From positions 32,001 through 96,000 of the forward strand of contig JBGAQA010000001.1 of NCBI GenBank assembly GCA_044220955.1: a stretch of DNA of 64,000 bases, read 5' to 3'. The notes under the pieces are model-generated. The model was not told the origin of the DNA. It saw only the letters and a program-made list of their open reading frames with translations, and did no database searches. The translations under genes and the position numbers were made by a program. Within the stretch, counting starts at the first letter, position 1, and each line of letters begins with the position of its first letter. The DNA is from Sandaracinaceae bacterium (GTDB lineage Bacteria > Myxococcota_A > Polyangia > Polyangiales > Sandaracinaceae). This document shows positions 63,042 to 64,000 of the stretch, one piece after another.

Positions 63042-63956
63042 TCATTCCTCGGGGACGTCGCCGGCGGGGTTCGCCAGCTTGCGCGTCCAGAGGATCGCGT
63101 CCTTGCGCTCGCCGCCCGACTGCGCGCCGTGGGCGAGCAGGCCGGTCCGCCGGAAGCCCGCCGCGACGTAGGCCGTCGCGAGGCCGATGTCGTCGGAGGG
63201 GGCGAAACCGAACGCGCTGATGATGCCCCGCTCCTTGAGATCGTCCGACATGACGCGCAGCGCGGCCGTGAGCCCGAGCACGTCCGCGTCCTCGGTCGGC
63301 GAGCGCAGGATCTCGATGAGCGAGTGGCCGAAACAGTCCTGGAACTCCGCCGTGAGGTAGACCTTGCGGCCCTTCTTCGCGGTGGCCTCCACGTAGTAGC
63401 GCTCGGCCTCGCGACCGAACGCATCGAAGCCGCTGAGCGTCGGCCCCTCGCCGCCCTTCTTCTTGCTGCCCCATGCGTCGTCGCGCGCCGCGAGGGCGTC
63501 CTCGACGTCGATGAACTCGACGTTGACGCCCGGGATCTCGTCCGGCACTTCCTTCGCGTTCTTCTTCCCCGCGTTGACCGTGCGCTCCGCCGTCCGCTGG
63601 CCGTCGTCGCTCACCTCGATCGAGGCCGTGCGGTCGCCGATCACGCAGCCGACGAGGTGGCCGTCCGAGCGCTTGTAGAAGCCCGGGATCGTGCCCTCGC
63701 GGACGAAGCCGACGCGCGTCCAGCTCGAGACCTCGTCCTTCTCCACGAGGAGGATGACCTTCTCGATCTGCTCGCGCTTGGCGACGTTCTGGATGAAGAG
63801 GCGCTTGGCGGGGAGCGCCCCGGCGCGGAAGTCGATGACGCGGATGAGGCCGATGCGGCGGTTGACGAGCAGGCAGAGGTAGGCGCTCTCGCTCTTGAAG
63901 TGCAGCTCCTCGACCCAGGGGAGCGGAGCGGTCTGAACGGCGGCGGCCTTGGCCAT
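63042..63956 (-). CDS. double-GNAT-fold protein resembling beta-lysine acetyltransferase AblB/YodP
   Basis: IRVIDF..EKVIL..GFVREGTIPGFY; AEF..FGHSLI..GFRRTGLL..LWTRKL. Confidence 0.6.
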   Translation of the reverse strand: MAKAAAVQTAPLPWVEELHFKSESAYLCLLVNRRIGLIRVIDFRAGALPAKRLFIQNVAKREQIEKVILLVEKDEVSSWTRVGFVREGTIPGFYKRSDGHLVGCVIGDRTASIEVSDDGQRTAERTVNAGKKNAKEVPDEIPGVNVEFIDVEDALAARDDAWGSKKKGGEGPTLSGFDAFGREAERYYVEATAKKGRKVYLTAEFQDCFGHSLIEILRSPTEDADVLGLTAALRVMSDDLKERGIISAFGFAPSDDIGLATAYVAAGFRRTGLLAHGAQSGGERKDAILWTRKLANPAGDVPEE

Positions 63957-64000
63957 GGAAGCTCCTTGGAAGCGGACAAACCCGCGAGAACCGAGCGCTT

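Overview
Very GC-rich, gene-dense chromosomal segment. Its content (four Hanks-type Ser/Thr kinases, FHA- and receiver-type sigma54 activators, PEGA/TPR proteins, many Cys-rich lipoproteins, a MYXO-CTERM-like tail) points to Myxococcota, probably Polyangiales/Sandaracinaceae-like (inference). Housekeeping genes: argS, THUMP RNA methyltransferase, gloA, gcvT/gcvH/gcvPA, rsmA, rplU-rpmA, nei-type glycosylase, hemA with a CcsA-type gene, and pspA. I saw no tRNA, rRNA, CRISPR array or transposase. Best candidate for an undescribed system: a translationally coupled four-gene non-canonical phosphorelay at 55182-59279. It has a lipoprotein-TPR-TM kinase with a degenerate ATP lid, an atypical receiver, a stand-alone His-box protein, and a sigma54 activator with a Cys4/His2 insert in its receiver; a -24/-12 promoter follows it. 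Other highlights: an (AGAC)6 repeat that could switch the signal peptide of a trypsin/TSP3 protein; sigma54 promoters in front of two small ORFs inside a split gcv operon; a repeated leaderless -10 promoter pattern; a copper-monooxygenase lipoprotein cluster; and a degenerate AblB/YodP-like protein next to CesT-PspA. Many start codons were trimmed by hand from the ORF track, and all family calls come from motif recognition, not database searches.
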